IMG/VR virus record: IMGVR_UViG_3300025738_000003
Reading direction: 5' to 3' (one strand)
Length of the DNA: 20,000 bases
DNA from: an uncultured virus (IMG/VR IMGVR_UViG_3300025738_000003)
Taxonomy: Duplodnaviria; Heunggongvirae; Uroviricota; Caudoviricetes
Part shown: positions 1 through 7,730 of the stretch, piece by piece
Layout: each line of letters opens with the position of its first letter
Numbering within the stretch: the stretch's first letter is position 1
Translations under genes and position numbers: made by a program
Notes under the pieces: model-generated
Told to the model about the DNA's origin: nothing
Databases searched by the model: none
Seen by the model: the letters and a program-made list of their open reading frames with translations, nothing else

Positions 1-1
1 T

Positions 2-97
2 CATTCGATTCATAGTATCGAACCGATAACTTATATAGATGATTATGGTTTTGAACAAAGCTATATCCCGTCTAAACTTCATTGTGTTTTTGCGTAG
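2..97 (+). CDS. 3' end of a truncated CDS, possibly a phage tail-region protein
   Basis: Open frame from base 2 to TAG 95-97 (HSIHSIEPITYIDDYGFEQSYIPSKLHCVFA*). Its stop overlaps the AGGA RBS of the next gene. The product is guessed from context only. Confidence 0.5.
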   Translation, partial: HSIHSIEPITYIDDYGFEQSYIPSKLHCVFA

Positions 98-108
98 GAA
101 TATTAATC

Positions 109-474
109 ATGGGTATTTGGTCTAGTTTATTTGGTAAAGACAATGTTATTCAAGCGGGCATTGATGGCCTTGACAAAATAGTGCACACCGACGAAGAAAA
201 GTCAGACGCTAAACAAGCGTTTTTAAAGTTATACGAACCGTTTAAAATTGCACAACGTTTGTTGGCTGTTATTTATGGCGTGCCTTATGCGCTCGCGTGG
301 TTTGTTACCTTTATGGTGTCATTTTTTACGGACGTATCAAAACAAGAGGCGTTATTGCAGGGCGATATAAGCCGCATTGTTTTTGCTATTGTTAGTTTTT
401 ACTTTGGTGGTGGTGCTGCTGAGGGTGTTGTTAGAATGTTAGCTAATAGAGGTAAGAACAGTGAAAGAAAGTAA
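109..474 (+). CDS. putative holin of the 3-TM (GTA_holin_3TM-like) family
   Basis: ATG 109 with AGGA at 96-99. It has the D-K-x-x-x-T-D-E-E-K motif, AQR followed by hydrophobic helices, and the SFYFG motif typical of this family. Confidence 0.7.
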   Translation: MGIWSSLFGKDNVIQAGIDGLDKIVHTDEEKSDAKQAFLKLYEPFKIAQRLLAVIYGVPYALAWFVTFMVSFFTDVSKQEALLQGDISRIVFAIVSFYFGGGAAEGVVRMLANRGKNSERK

Positions 475-691
475 ACGTCATTATTTAATGCGGGTCTTAA
501 TCGCCTTTGACCAGTTTTTTAATGTACTGGTTTTTAATGGACGGCCCGATCATACTATTTCTGGTCGTGTTGGTTATTTTGCTATTAAGGGTGAAAAATG
601 GGCGTTGTATTGGGAAAAAATAATTAACACTTTGTTTTTCTGGCAAGCTGATCATTGTAGAAAATCAATTGAATGGGATGAAATGAAGTAA
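461..691 (+). CDS. conserved phage hypothetical protein (DQxxN...G.PDxTISGRxG...DHC family)
   Basis: GTG start overlapping the holin gene. The motifs FDQFFN, PDHTISGRVG and WQADHC are seen in small proteins of phage tail and lysis regions. Confidence 0.7.
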   Translation: MKESKRHYLMRVLIAFDQFFNVLVFNGRPDHTISGRVGYFAIKGEKWALYWEKIINTLFFWQADHCRKSIEWDEMK

Positions 692-711
692 GTACAAGGT
701 GAGTATAAGTT

Positions 712-751
712 AAGCAAGGCTATGATTAATCATAGATCCTTGCTTTTTTTT
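712..751 (+). terminator. intrinsic terminator
   Basis: AAGCAAGG-CTATGATTAATCATAG-AT-CCTTGCTT followed by a T run, 20 bp after the stop at 691. Confidence 0.8.
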
Positions 752-815
752 GCTGTAGCATAACCGATCATCAATATATCGTTCAGGCTATTTAAATAAT
801 AAAATAGTGGAAATA

Positions 816-844
816 ATCACATATTGTGATACATTGTGTATCAC
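816..844. promoter_or_regulatory. operator-like palindromes upstream of the repA leader
   Basis: ATCACATATTGTGAT (816-830) overlaps GTGATACATTGTGTATCAC (826-844). The core CACATATTGTG is identical to the site at 12463-12473 in the cI-cro intergenic region. Confidence 0.65.
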
Positions 845-909
845 TTGCCATCGTTGGTGGCTAAAGGTAAGTATTAAGAAGAAAATTTAAACAATCACCG
901 AAATTCAGA

Positions 910-976
910 CATAAAAAAACCGCTTTTGGCGAGCGGTTGATTTACTAGGTTTAAAATCACAAACCCCATAACAAGG
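910..976 (-). ncRNA. CopA/Inc-like antisense RNA for copy-number control (ends approximate)
   Basis: Minus-strand promoter TTGCAA (1010-1005), 17 bp, TAAAAT (987-982). Hairpin AACCGCT-TTTGGCG-AGCGGTT (918-938) is followed by a U-tract on the minus strand. The target loop contains TTGGCG, as in IncFII CopT. Confidence 0.75.
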
Positions 977-1033
977 ACTTGATTTTAAGCTGACGGGTTT
1001 CTTTTTGCAAGAAAAAAATAAAAAGAGCTTAAA

Positions 1034-1840
1034 ATGAGAGTAAAAAATTCAACTCCGGCGTTTACTCGTCCGAATCATCAAAAGAATTTACCGTCTTTTT
1101 TAGTGGCATGTAACACCATGCTAACCAAGTGCCCTGCGTCGGCGTGGGACGGTTGGCAACTTATTCGCCGTGTTCATGGCAAATCATTAATGAATACTCA
1201 CCGCGCGAGTGCGATCAATTCCCTTTTCATTGCTATTGCTAATCATGTTGATTTAAAGAGCAGCGTGGTTTTTTCTAATGTTTATGATCTGGCCCATGCT
1301 ACGGGCTTGGCTACGGTAAGTGCGGCGGGTAATGTTTCAATAACGCGTTGTAGTCGTGCCATAATCGAAATGGAAAAAGCGGGCTTTCTTGAAACTGAAT
1401 TGGTTTGGGATCGCGTCTTGGGTTGTCATATACCAAAATTTATTAATGTCACTGATTTGTTTTGGGAGATAGCACACCCCGAGGGCACAAAGGGTTATCA
1501 TGCAGCGCGTGAAAGCCAAATTTCTTACCAAAGGCAAGGTTTAGCAGAGCCAGAGGAATGGTTGACCGTGAGCCAAGCCAAAGAGCGCCGCCGTAGAATG
1601 CACATTAAAACCGCTTTTAAGTTAAGACGCGCTAAACATGAAAAATCAAAGCAGCGAACAGCGGCCAAGAAGCTAACCAATGACAACATTGTTGTTTCTC
1701 GCGGTAAGATAGGCAAAGAAATACTAGACGAACTTGGCTCTTTACACGGCCTAGACCCTAAAGCGTTTCAGGTGATGATCAGCCAACGTTACGCACTGTA
1801 TAACAAAATAGCAGCAGACCCCGCACCCACAAGGCACTAA
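1034..1840 (+). CDS. repA: plasmid replication initiator, IncFII RepA family
   Basis: N-terminal VKNSTPAF; HRASAI...LAHATGLATVSAAGNVSITRCSRAI...GFL...WDR...IPKFI.VTDLFW closely follows IncFII RepA. The antisense hairpin upstream and the DnaA box downstream fit the same architecture. Confidence 0.9.
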   Translation: MRVKNSTPAFTRPNHQKNLPSFLVACNTMLTKCPASAWDGWQLIRRVHGKSLMNTHRASAINSLFIAIANHVDLKSSVVFSNVYDLAHATGLATVSAAGNVSITRCSRAIIEMEKAGFLETELVWDRVLGCHIPKFINVTDLFWEIAHPEGTKGYHAARESQISYQRQGLAEPEEWLTVSQAKERRRRMHIKTAFKLRRAKHEKSKQRTAAKKLTNDNIVVSRGKIGKEILDELGSLHGLDPKAFQVMISQRYALYNKIAADPAPTRH

Positions 1841-1854
1841 GCCAACTTATTAAA

Positions 1855-1880
1855 TAAAACCCTGCCTTGGCGGGGTTTTA
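1855..1880 (+). terminator. terminator hairpin after repA
   Basis: TAAAACCCTGCC-TT-GGCGGGGTTTTA. Confidence 0.7.
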
Positions 1881-1990
1881 GTCGTTCCCTCGAATAAATA
1901 ACCATGTAATATGGGCCTTACTCACTTCTCATTATGCCGTTTTCACCCCTGTTTTTAATCATTCTGCGCTAGATAAATCACATCCTTTAG

Positions 1991-2085
1991 TTATACACAA
2001 TATAATGCAATTGCTTTATCTAATATAACGCCCACGTATAGATATATAATGCAAAGTCACTATAACTACTTATATATAAATAAAC
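1991..2085. other. putative replication origin (DnaA box plus AT-rich repeats)
   Basis: TTATACACA at 1991-1999, about 150 bp after the repA stop. TATAATGCAA occurs at 2001-2010 and 2045-2054, with TATAAC variants and an AT-rich tract. This matches the repA-CIS-oriR order of IncFII replicons. Confidence 0.6.
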
Positions 2086-2399
2086 CTTATGGCTACGCCT
2101 AAAGTGAATAAATGCACGCCCTTGGTTTTTTTGCTAAAGAAACAGCAAAAGGGCGTAATTGTCGTTTGGTTCACTGCCTGGTGATAACTGACCGCTGCGT
2201 CACCTACATTTTCAATGAGATAATACCACTTGAGTAATCGTTGATGTTGAAGCTTATTAAGAGCGTCGCTTCGCTCAGTTTGGCAAGGGATAGACAAGTT
2301 TTGTGCCTATTTGTTTAATAGGCCTGTTTATTCTATTATGCGTGCTTATTACTTCATTACGGCTCACTAACAACACACCCCATAAAAGGAATTTAACGC

Positions 2400-2612
2400 A
2401 TGGCTAAAGATTTAGAACGAACGCTAAAGAAATGTAAAAAGTGCAAAAGAAAAACTGAGCACTTACGAAATACAGACAAAACAGGTTTATTGTCCCTGTT
2501 AATCCATATAGCGTTAATTTTTATTACGGCTGGTATTTGGCTTATTCTTATTGTTATTTACAAGATCCTTAACGCTAAGGTGGGCGGCTGGCAGTGTAGC
2601 GAGTGTGGTTAA
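2400..2612 (+). CDS. small membrane-anchored zinc-ribbon protein (CxxC-hydrophobic hairpin-CxxC)
   Basis: AAGGA RBS. CKKC near the N-terminus, a long hydrophobic segment, and WQCSECG at the C-terminus. It has its own terminator. Confidence 0.75.
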   Translation: MAKDLERTLKKCKKCKRKTEHLRNTDKTGLLSLLIHIALIFITAGIWLILIVIYKILNAKVGGWQCSECG

Positions 2613-2643
2613 ATGGGTTTTTCCCTACAGTTTAATAGCTATT

Positions 2644-2673
2644 AAGCCTGTATTTTTATACGGGCTTTTTTTT
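2644..2673 (+). terminator. intrinsic terminator
   Basis: AAGCCTGTAT-TTTT-ATACGGGCTT followed by a T run. Confidence 0.8.
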
Positions 2674-2880
2674 GACCTAAAATAACCGTTTTGGTGATTT
2701 AGTGCTTAATATTGCTTTAATACTGAGCATATAGAATAAACAATATTCAACGGCAGTAAACGGCAGTAAAAGACAGTTGTTATTATTTGTTAAATTAACG
2801 TAAATTTAGCGTCTATTTTGGTGTTGATATTTGTAAGGCAGTGTAATGGCGATGTGTATTTGTTTAGCGTAGATTCGCCC

Positions 2881-2994
2881 GTATCACAAACGACCGTTAT
2901 TTGACCACCACGTAAACACGGTGTTAATTAATGCTTTCGTGTTTCAAAACTATGTGTCACTATTGATGTCTCAAAACAACGGCTTTATGACACA
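2881..2994. other. putative res site of the serine resolvase
   Basis: Related half-sites in imperfect dyads directly upstream of the gene: GTATCACAAACGACCGTTATTTGACCA (2881-2907), GTGTTTCAAAAC (2939-2950) and TGTCTCAAAACAACGGCTTTATGACACA (2967-2994). Confidence 0.6.
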
Positions 2995-3000
2995 CAGACA

Positions 3001-3552
3001 ATGAAATTTGGTTACGCAAGGGTTAGCACTAAACAACAAGAATTAGCCTTACAAGTAGACGCGCTTAAAGCGGCTGGCTGTGATGAAATAATCACCGAAG
3101 TTGAAACAGGCGCGAACAATGATCGCCCCGCACGATTGGCCATGATAGATAAGCTTAGAAAAGGCGATATTGTGACGGTGTGGCGTTTAGATAGGTTTGG
3201 CCGTTCTATGCCTGATTTAATAGAAAAGGTTGAACAGTTAAGCGCCCAAGGTGTTGAGTTTATCTCGTTACAAGAAAATATAGATACTACCTCAGCCACG
3301 GGCCGGTTAATTTTTCATATTTTTGCGGGCCTCGCAGAATTTGAACGTAATTTGATTTCAGAAAGAACAAGAGCCGGATTAGCAGCAGCACGAAAACGCG
3401 GTAAATTGGGTGGAAGAAAAAGAATTATGAATGATATTCAGGTCAAAACAGCTAGACGATTAATATCAGGGGAAAACCCCGTAAATCGTGAAGAAGTGGC
3501 CAAAATGCTTGGCGTTAGCCGGTCAACACTTTACCGAGAATTAAAAGAATAA
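3001..3552 (+). CDS. serine recombinase (resolvase/invertase family)
   Basis: GYARVST catalytic Ser motif, VWRLDRFGRS, AEFERNLISERTRAGLAAAR.RG..GGR, and a C-terminal HTH (VAKMLGVSRSTLYR). Confidence 0.95.
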   Translation: MKFGYARVSTKQQELALQVDALKAAGCDEIITEVETGANNDRPARLAMIDKLRKGDIVTVWRLDRFGRSMPDLIEKVEQLSAQGVEFISLQENIDTTSATGRLIFHIFAGLAEFERNLISERTRAGLAAARKRGKLGGRKRIMNDIQVKTARRLISGENPVNREEVAKMLGVSRSTLYRELKE

Positions 3553-3582
3553 AAACCTTACTTTTTATATTGATTTTAATCA

Positions 3583-3629
3583 AAATAATCACGAATCGTG
3601 TTTAAAAAATAGTAAGCGTGTCGTATTAT
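3583..3629 (+). promoter_or_regulatory. operator plus candidate sigma70 promoter of the 3660-4798 operon
   Basis: CACGAATCGTG (3590-3600) directly abuts TTTAAA (3601-3606), 17 bp, TATTAT (3624-3629). AAATAATCAC (3583-3592) is identical to 811-820. Confidence 0.55.
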
Positions 3630-3659
3630 AGAGACTGGTTTTTTATTGGGAAATGAATA

Positions 3660-3857
3660 ATGGAAGTCACGAATTCAGGCGTTAAAGCAATAGTTAATAT
3701 TGGTCCGGAAGATAATAAATTACAAAAAATCGAGCCGCAACAAGATAAAGCGACTGCGGCACTCAGCACAGACAAGATAACATTGTCTGATGATTTAATT
3801 ATGACTATGGGTACTGGTGGCGGCACTACTAAGCCACCACCAACAACAGAAAACTAA
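3660..3857 (+). CDS. small, probably disordered protein (65 aa) with DKITLS and C-terminal GTGGGTTKPPP motifs
   Basis: Clean ORF whose stop is followed by the AAGGA RBS of the next gene. Polar, low-complexity composition and no Sec signal peptide. Confidence 0.75.
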   Translation: MEVTNSGVKAIVNIGPEDNKLQKIEPQQDKATAALSTDKITLSDDLIMTMGTGGGTTKPPPTTEN

Positions 3858-3867
3858 AGGACATTAC

Positions 3868-4470
3868 ATGGATGTATTATCGTTCTTGATATTTATTGAT
3901 GGGTACGTGGGGAGCTTAAATCATGTACTTATCAATAATCTACTTGCGTTGATCTTGGTTGTTTTGGCTTATGACAATAAAGAAGATAGTAATTTTTTGT
4001 TTGTTATTTCTATGATGTTAATACCAAAGCTAGTTGATATTTTGGTATTGAATGATTTTTTATTGTCTGACTTTGTGCCGAATTATTTATTTTTCTTATT
4101 TTATTCTGTTTATGACGCACTCGTTCTTTGGTTGATTCTATATAGAACCAAAGTGATTCGTCTTTTTTTGATTATAAAAATAAAAGTGTGCCACCTTTTA
4201 AATATAAATAGTGATGCTGAAACTTTTACCTATGTCCGTCATGTTAACGAATATAAAATAACAGTTATCTTTGCAGTAAGCATTCTTATTAACTTAATTG
4301 TAGCTGTCGAATACCCGCTAAGATGGTATATAAGTGATGAAATATTATATTTTTACTATTTGTATGCACCATTAAAATTTGGATTGAATATAGCGTTAGT
4401 TTATTGGGGTTCAAAAATGAATCCCGAAAAACAAAATACCTCAAGGAGTACACCAGGTGAATGTAAGTAA
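3868..4470 (+). CDS. polytopic inner-membrane protein (200 aa, about 5-6 TM), function unknown
   Basis: ATG 3868 with AAGGA at 3857-3861 is preferred over the 3817 start. Several hydrophobic segments and a polar motif (RHVNEY...INL...EYPLR). Confidence 0.8.
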   Translation: MDVLSFLIFIDGYVGSLNHVLINNLLALILVVLAYDNKEDSNFLFVISMMLIPKLVDILVLNDFLLSDFVPNYLFFLFYSVYDALVLWLILYRTKVIRLFLIIKIKVCHLLNINSDAETFTYVRHVNEYKITVIFAVSILINLIVAVEYPLRWYISDEILYFYYLYAPLKFGLNIALVYWGSKMNPEKQNTSRSTPGECK

Positions 4471-4798
4471 CTTTATTGTTGAATTATTTGAACTGTCAGG
4501 ATTGAGTGAGCATGATTTCTGTCAAAAACTCGATATTGATGCCGAACAGTTGGCTGAAATAAAAGCGGGTAAAGCTCCAAGCGGCTCAGCTTGTAAAATG
4601 TTGTTAAAGGCTGTTTCAGTCGCTTTATTTTCCAAAAAGACAAACTGTGACCTTGATGAAGTTCACGACGAATTGACAAAGGCTCGGGCTATCATTGTGA
4701 CGGTTGGGGAAAGCTCGCATTTAGCCGAACATCATCAGGATTCACTATCGGCGGCTGCTGAAATGATTGATAACTCAAGGCAAAGAATATCCTCATAA
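4457..4798 (+). CDS. Xre-like helix-turn-helix protein with a C-terminal helical domain
   Basis: GTG start overlaps the end of the membrane gene. SGLSEHDFCQKLDIDAEQLAEIKAGKAPS fits the HTH_3 pattern. Confidence 0.7.
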   Translation: MNVSNFIVELFELSGLSEHDFCQKLDIDAEQLAEIKAGKAPSGSACKMLLKAVSVALFSKKTNCDLDEVHDELTKARAIIVTVGESSHLAEHHQDSLSAAAEMIDNSRQRISS

Positions 4799-4815
4799 CA
4801 TTAAATACCAGACAA

Positions 4816-4856
4816 TAAAAAGCCGCTCTTATATAATCAATAAGAGCGGCTTTTTA
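4816..4856. terminator. bidirectional terminator
   Basis: TAAAAAGCCGCTCTTAT / ATAAGAGCGGCTTTTTA, a perfect 17-bp inverted repeat between convergent genes. Confidence 0.9.
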
Positions 4857-4872
4857 ATGGTTTATAACTTAC

Positions 4873-4998
4873 CTATTTAATGTTGAACTGGTTCAAGAAA
4901 GGGTAGTAAACGGCTAGGCTTTCACGGATGAATAAAGGCAGTAATATTAATTGTGTTAGTGGCATAGCTCGTAATATGGTAAATTGTTCAATAGACAT
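4873..4998 (-). CDS. small hydrophobic peptide (41 aa), not in the ORF track
   Basis: MSIEQFTILRAMPLTQLILLPLFIRESLAVYYPFLNQFNIK*. GAGGA RBS about 6 nt upstream; ends just before the bidirectional terminator. Confidence 0.6.
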   Translation of the reverse strand: MSIEQFTILRAMPLTQLILLPLFIRESLAVYYPFLNQFNIK

Positions 4999-5111
4999 TG
5001 TTTATCCTCACAGGTTTTAATAATGTTGCCTTAGTTAGTGCTAAGGCGGTTGATGGGCTGTTAGTGCAGCCCATTAATTTATTTAAATTGATTTAATTCA
5101 ATTAAATCGAT

Positions 5112-5387
5112 TTAAACTAATCTTTCATGGTTGAGCAAGTCTGTATTGTTTTTCAGGAAGTTTTTTAAATATGTACCCAGCGGAAGTCCTCCCGCTTTTG
5201 CTGTAAAGTTTTCAAGCTCTTGTGGTGTAAGTGTTAACGTTACTCTTTCAGATGCTTTCTCTTCTGGAGCCAAAGCTTTTTTACCTGGCTTTGCTCGTTC
5301 AGTGGTTGAGGCGTGTTGTTCTGCTGCTTTCAAAATTGACGGCTTAGCCACCTTTATTACACTATTCTTTTTTTTGTCATTACTCAT
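5112..5387 (-). CDS. partition adaptor / centromere-binding protein (ParG-like ribbon-helix-helix)
   Basis: ATG at 5387 overlaps the parA stop. A flexible N-terminus is followed by RVTLTLTPQELENFTAKAGGLPLGTYLKNFL, an RHH pattern. Confidence 0.7.
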   Translation of the reverse strand: MSNDKKKNSVIKVAKPSILKAAEQHASTTERAKPGKKALAPEEKASERVTLTLTPQELENFTAKAGGLPLGTYLKNFLKNNTDLLNHERLV

Positions 5388-6042
5388 GATTGCTGATCTC
5401 CTGATAAATATTATTAAGTTGTTCGGCCTCGATGCCATACCTATGTTTCAATAAATTACTTGATTGGGTTAATTCAATGAGTGATTTCTCTTCATCGTCT
5501 ACCAAATCAAAGCCGTTAGAAAACTTCAATGGTAAAATAGGTAAGCTAAAATCAATGTTAGCCTCTACTTGTTTTTTGATATTTATATAGTCTTCTGATG
5601 TGGTCCAGTCGTATGGCCCTATACTCAAATTACCCTCTTTCTTTTTGCCTACCACTTTGCTTTTAGTTAACTTAGTCGCTACGACAATTATATTTTTAGT
5701 GAACTGTGCAACCTCTAAAATAGTCTGAATACCACCTTGTAAACATCTTAGGTGATTGTAGATAGGGACTATAACAACGTTAGATTGCTTTATAGCTGAC
5801 GTAATACTCAATGACTTGTTGGAGATAGCCCCTGATAAATCAAAGACAATATCAGTGTCTTTGCTTAGCAATGGGAACTCTTCACTTTGCCCAACGACTA
5901 GTTGCTGTTCTTCTTCGAATAAATCACTGTAAACATTAATCGATTCATTAGTACCAATACAGTAACCGTGATCTAGCGCTATATTAGTGGATAGCGGTGT
6001 TTTCCCTGCTGACCCTTTGATGTTGTATACCGTAATTTTCAT
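5380..6042 (-). CDS. parA: ParA-family partition ATPase (type Ib)
   Basis: KITVYNIKGSAGKT deviant Walker A, IVFDL Walker B, and AIKQSNVVIVP. No N-terminal HTH. Confidence 0.85.
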   Translation of the reverse strand: MKITVYNIKGSAGKTPLSTNIALDHGYCIGTNESINVYSDLFEEEQQLVVGQSEEFPLLSKDTDIVFDLSGAISNKSLSITSAIKQSNVVIVPIYNHLRCLQGGIQTILEVAQFTKNIIVVATKLTKSKVVGKKKEGNLSIGPYDWTTSEDYINIKKQVEANIDFSLPILPLKFSNGFDLVDDEEKSLIELTQSSNLLKHRYGIEAEQLNNIYQEISNHE

Positions 6043-6060
6043 GCTTCATTCCTTAACACG

Positions 6061-6175
6061 TTTGATTTGAATTGATTAAAACATATTAAATCGATTTAAT
6101 CAAATTAAACCGATTAATTCAATTTAATTCAATTTAATTCAATTTAATTCAATTGTATCGATTTAATTGAATTAT
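6061..6175. repeat. parS/operator-like AT-rich repeat array
   Basis: Tandem AATTTAATTC x3 (6121-6150) with degenerate copies, and palindrome ATTAAATCGATTTAAT (6085-6100), directly upstream of parA. Related repeats occur at 5081-5116. Confidence 0.75.
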
Positions 6176-6299
6176 GTTGATTGGTTAAGCTATTTAGCCT
6201 GTATCAACATAATGCTTTACCCACCAATAAAAATGAATTAATATATTAATTAATAAGTAAATGATTTATTAATTAATTAATGTATTAAAGGGGTTTGAA

Positions 6300-7256
6300 A
6301 TGGAAGTTAAAAAAACAGCAGGGCGCACAGGTATAGATAAAGCGGTTTATATCAATCAAATTCAAACATGGTTAAATGGTGATTTCCGCTTATCTGACAT
6401 TACCGCAACAAAGTTACAAAAAGCTGTTGGCGGTCAATATAAAAAAGCGGTGGATTATTTAGAAGACTTTAAGCAAGGTTATGAAACTAAAGAGCTTGCC
6501 GACTTGCCACAACCACCCGAAGCATTCACCAACCTATTACATGCGGCAGGGCAAGACGCTTGGCGTGTATTGTGGGAAGAAAAAAACAAAGCTGTTGCTG
6601 ATGCTATCGCCGCTTTTGATATTGAACGTACAGCGTTAAACGTTCGCGCTGATGAATATTTAAGTGTGATTGATCAGCATGAACAAGAGATTGACGAGCT
6701 AAAAGCACAACTGTCGGATAGTGATAAAAGTATCAATGAGGTTAACCAAGAAAAAACCACGCTTAATGATGCGTTAACCAATGAACGCATTGCCTTAGCG
6801 CAAACAAGCGAACGCGCTGATCAGTTAGATGCACGTTTAACAGAAGCAAACGGCCAGTTAAACGTTTTTATTGATAAAAACGCGCAACTTGAAAGAGAGA
6901 AAAACCAAAGTAAACAAGACATTGACACGATAACAGAACAAAGAAACGTGTTAACAACGAAAGCCACCAACTTTGAGGATCGCGCCGCTGAATTGCAAGC
7001 CTCACTAACTAACGAAAGCGATAATACTAAGGTGTTAACCAACAAGCTTAATGAGAACGCCGCCGCTAACACTGAGTTAACCACGGAACTAGCCACCAAA
7101 ACAGCATTGTACGATCAGTTATTAACGCAATTAACCAAAGAGCAGGCCCAAGCAGAAAAAGCCAATGAACAAAGCGTAAAATCGTTAAGTGATGTAAATA
7201 AGCGATTAGATAATTTACAACACGAGTTGGTTAAAATTGCGGGAAAGGCTAAGTAA
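6300..7256 (+). CDS. kfrA: KfrA-like plasmid DNA-binding coiled-coil protein
   Basis: N-terminal ITATKLQKAVGGQYKKAVDYLEDF...LPQPPEAF...AW..LW is KfrA_N-like and is followed by about 230 aa of heptad coiled coil. It is divergent from the par operon. Confidence 0.75.
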   Translation: MEVKKTAGRTGIDKAVYINQIQTWLNGDFRLSDITATKLQKAVGGQYKKAVDYLEDFKQGYETKELADLPQPPEAFTNLLHAAGQDAWRVLWEEKNKAVADAIAAFDIERTALNVRADEYLSVIDQHEQEIDELKAQLSDSDKSINEVNQEKTTLNDALTNERIALAQTSERADQLDARLTEANGQLNVFIDKNAQLEREKNQSKQDIDTITEQRNVLTTKATNFEDRAAELQASLTNESDNTKVLTNKLNENAAANTELTTELATKTALYDQLLTQLTKEQAQAEKANEQSVKSLSDVNKRLDNLQHELVKIAGKAK

Positions 7257-7286
7257 CTGAATACCCCAAAGTGTTGCATTTAGGTG

Positions 7287-7316
7287 ATGCGGTCTAGCTA
7301 TAGGCCGCATTCTTTC
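7287..7316 (+). terminator. terminator hairpin after the kfrA-like gene
   Basis: ATGCGGTCTA-GCTA-TAGGCCGCAT-TCTTTC. Confidence 0.6.
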
Positions 7317-7426
7317 GTTATGGTGATCGGGAATATGCTTTGATATGTGCAACAGTTCTGTGCAGTTCTGTTGCATTTGTGAAAACGGACTAAATTTAAA
7401 GCCCGTATATTAAGTATAGTTGTTTG

Positions 7427-7600
7427 CTATTTTAATTCTTTATCCGCTAAACTTTTTAGCCATGCCCCAAGCTTTAACCCCTGCTTTTTGGCTTCTGCCT
7501 CATAGAGTATTTTCATATCTGGTTCAACCCTAAATTCACATCTAGCGCTTGCCTTGACTTGTTTCATAGGTCGCCCAACCTTTTTTTTATCATCTTTCAT
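7427..7600 (-). CDS. small ribbon-helix-helix repressor (57 aa)
   Basis: MKDDKKKVGRP...RCEFRVEPDMKILYEAEAKKQGLKLGAWLKSLA. ATG 7600 is preferred. It is divergent from operator-rich promoters. Confidence 0.75.
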   Translation of the reverse strand: MKDDKKKVGRPMKQVKASARCEFRVEPDMKILYEAEAKKQGLKLGAWLKSLADKELK

Positions 7601-7612
7601 GCTGCGAATATT

Positions 7613-7705
7613 AGTACGTACAATAAACAAATGCAATATTTAATTAATGTCCGTACTTTTATTGACTTTATAAAACAATAATGTATTATTGTACGTACAT
7701 TAATT
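7613..7705 (+). promoter_or_regulatory. promoter-operator unit, copy 1
   Basis: TTGACT (7662-7667), 16 bp, TATTAT (7684-7689), flanked by AGTACGTACA (7613), TGTCCGTACT (7648) and TGTACGTACA (7690). Confidence 0.8.
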
Positions 7706-7730
7706 ATCTGAACAGTTCTAAGGCAATCAA

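Noticed and set aside
2070..2297. 75-aa minus-strand ORF
   Set aside because: TTG start, no clear RBS and no recognisable motif; it runs into the putative origin.
2648..2663. CTGTATTTTTATACGG as a LexA box
   Set aside because: It mismatches the invariant CAG, forms the stem of a terminator, and has no downstream gene start nearby.
2749..2777. Short direct repeat AACGGCAGTA x2 plus a degenerate third copy
   Set aside because: Too short and isolated to assign a function.
2881..3552. Tn3-family transposon
   Set aside because: No transposase and no GGGG-ended 38-bp terminal repeats; it is treated as a plasmid multimer-resolution module.
3601..3627. sigma28 (FliA) promoter for the FlgM-like peptide
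   Set aside because: TAAA to GTCGTATT spacing is 13 rather than 15 and the -10 match is poor. A sigma70 reading fits better.
6111..6154. Tandem 10-bp repeats as a CRISPR array or replication iterons
   Set aside because: There are no spacers or cas genes. The repeats sit at the par promoter, not near repA, and are better explained as parS.
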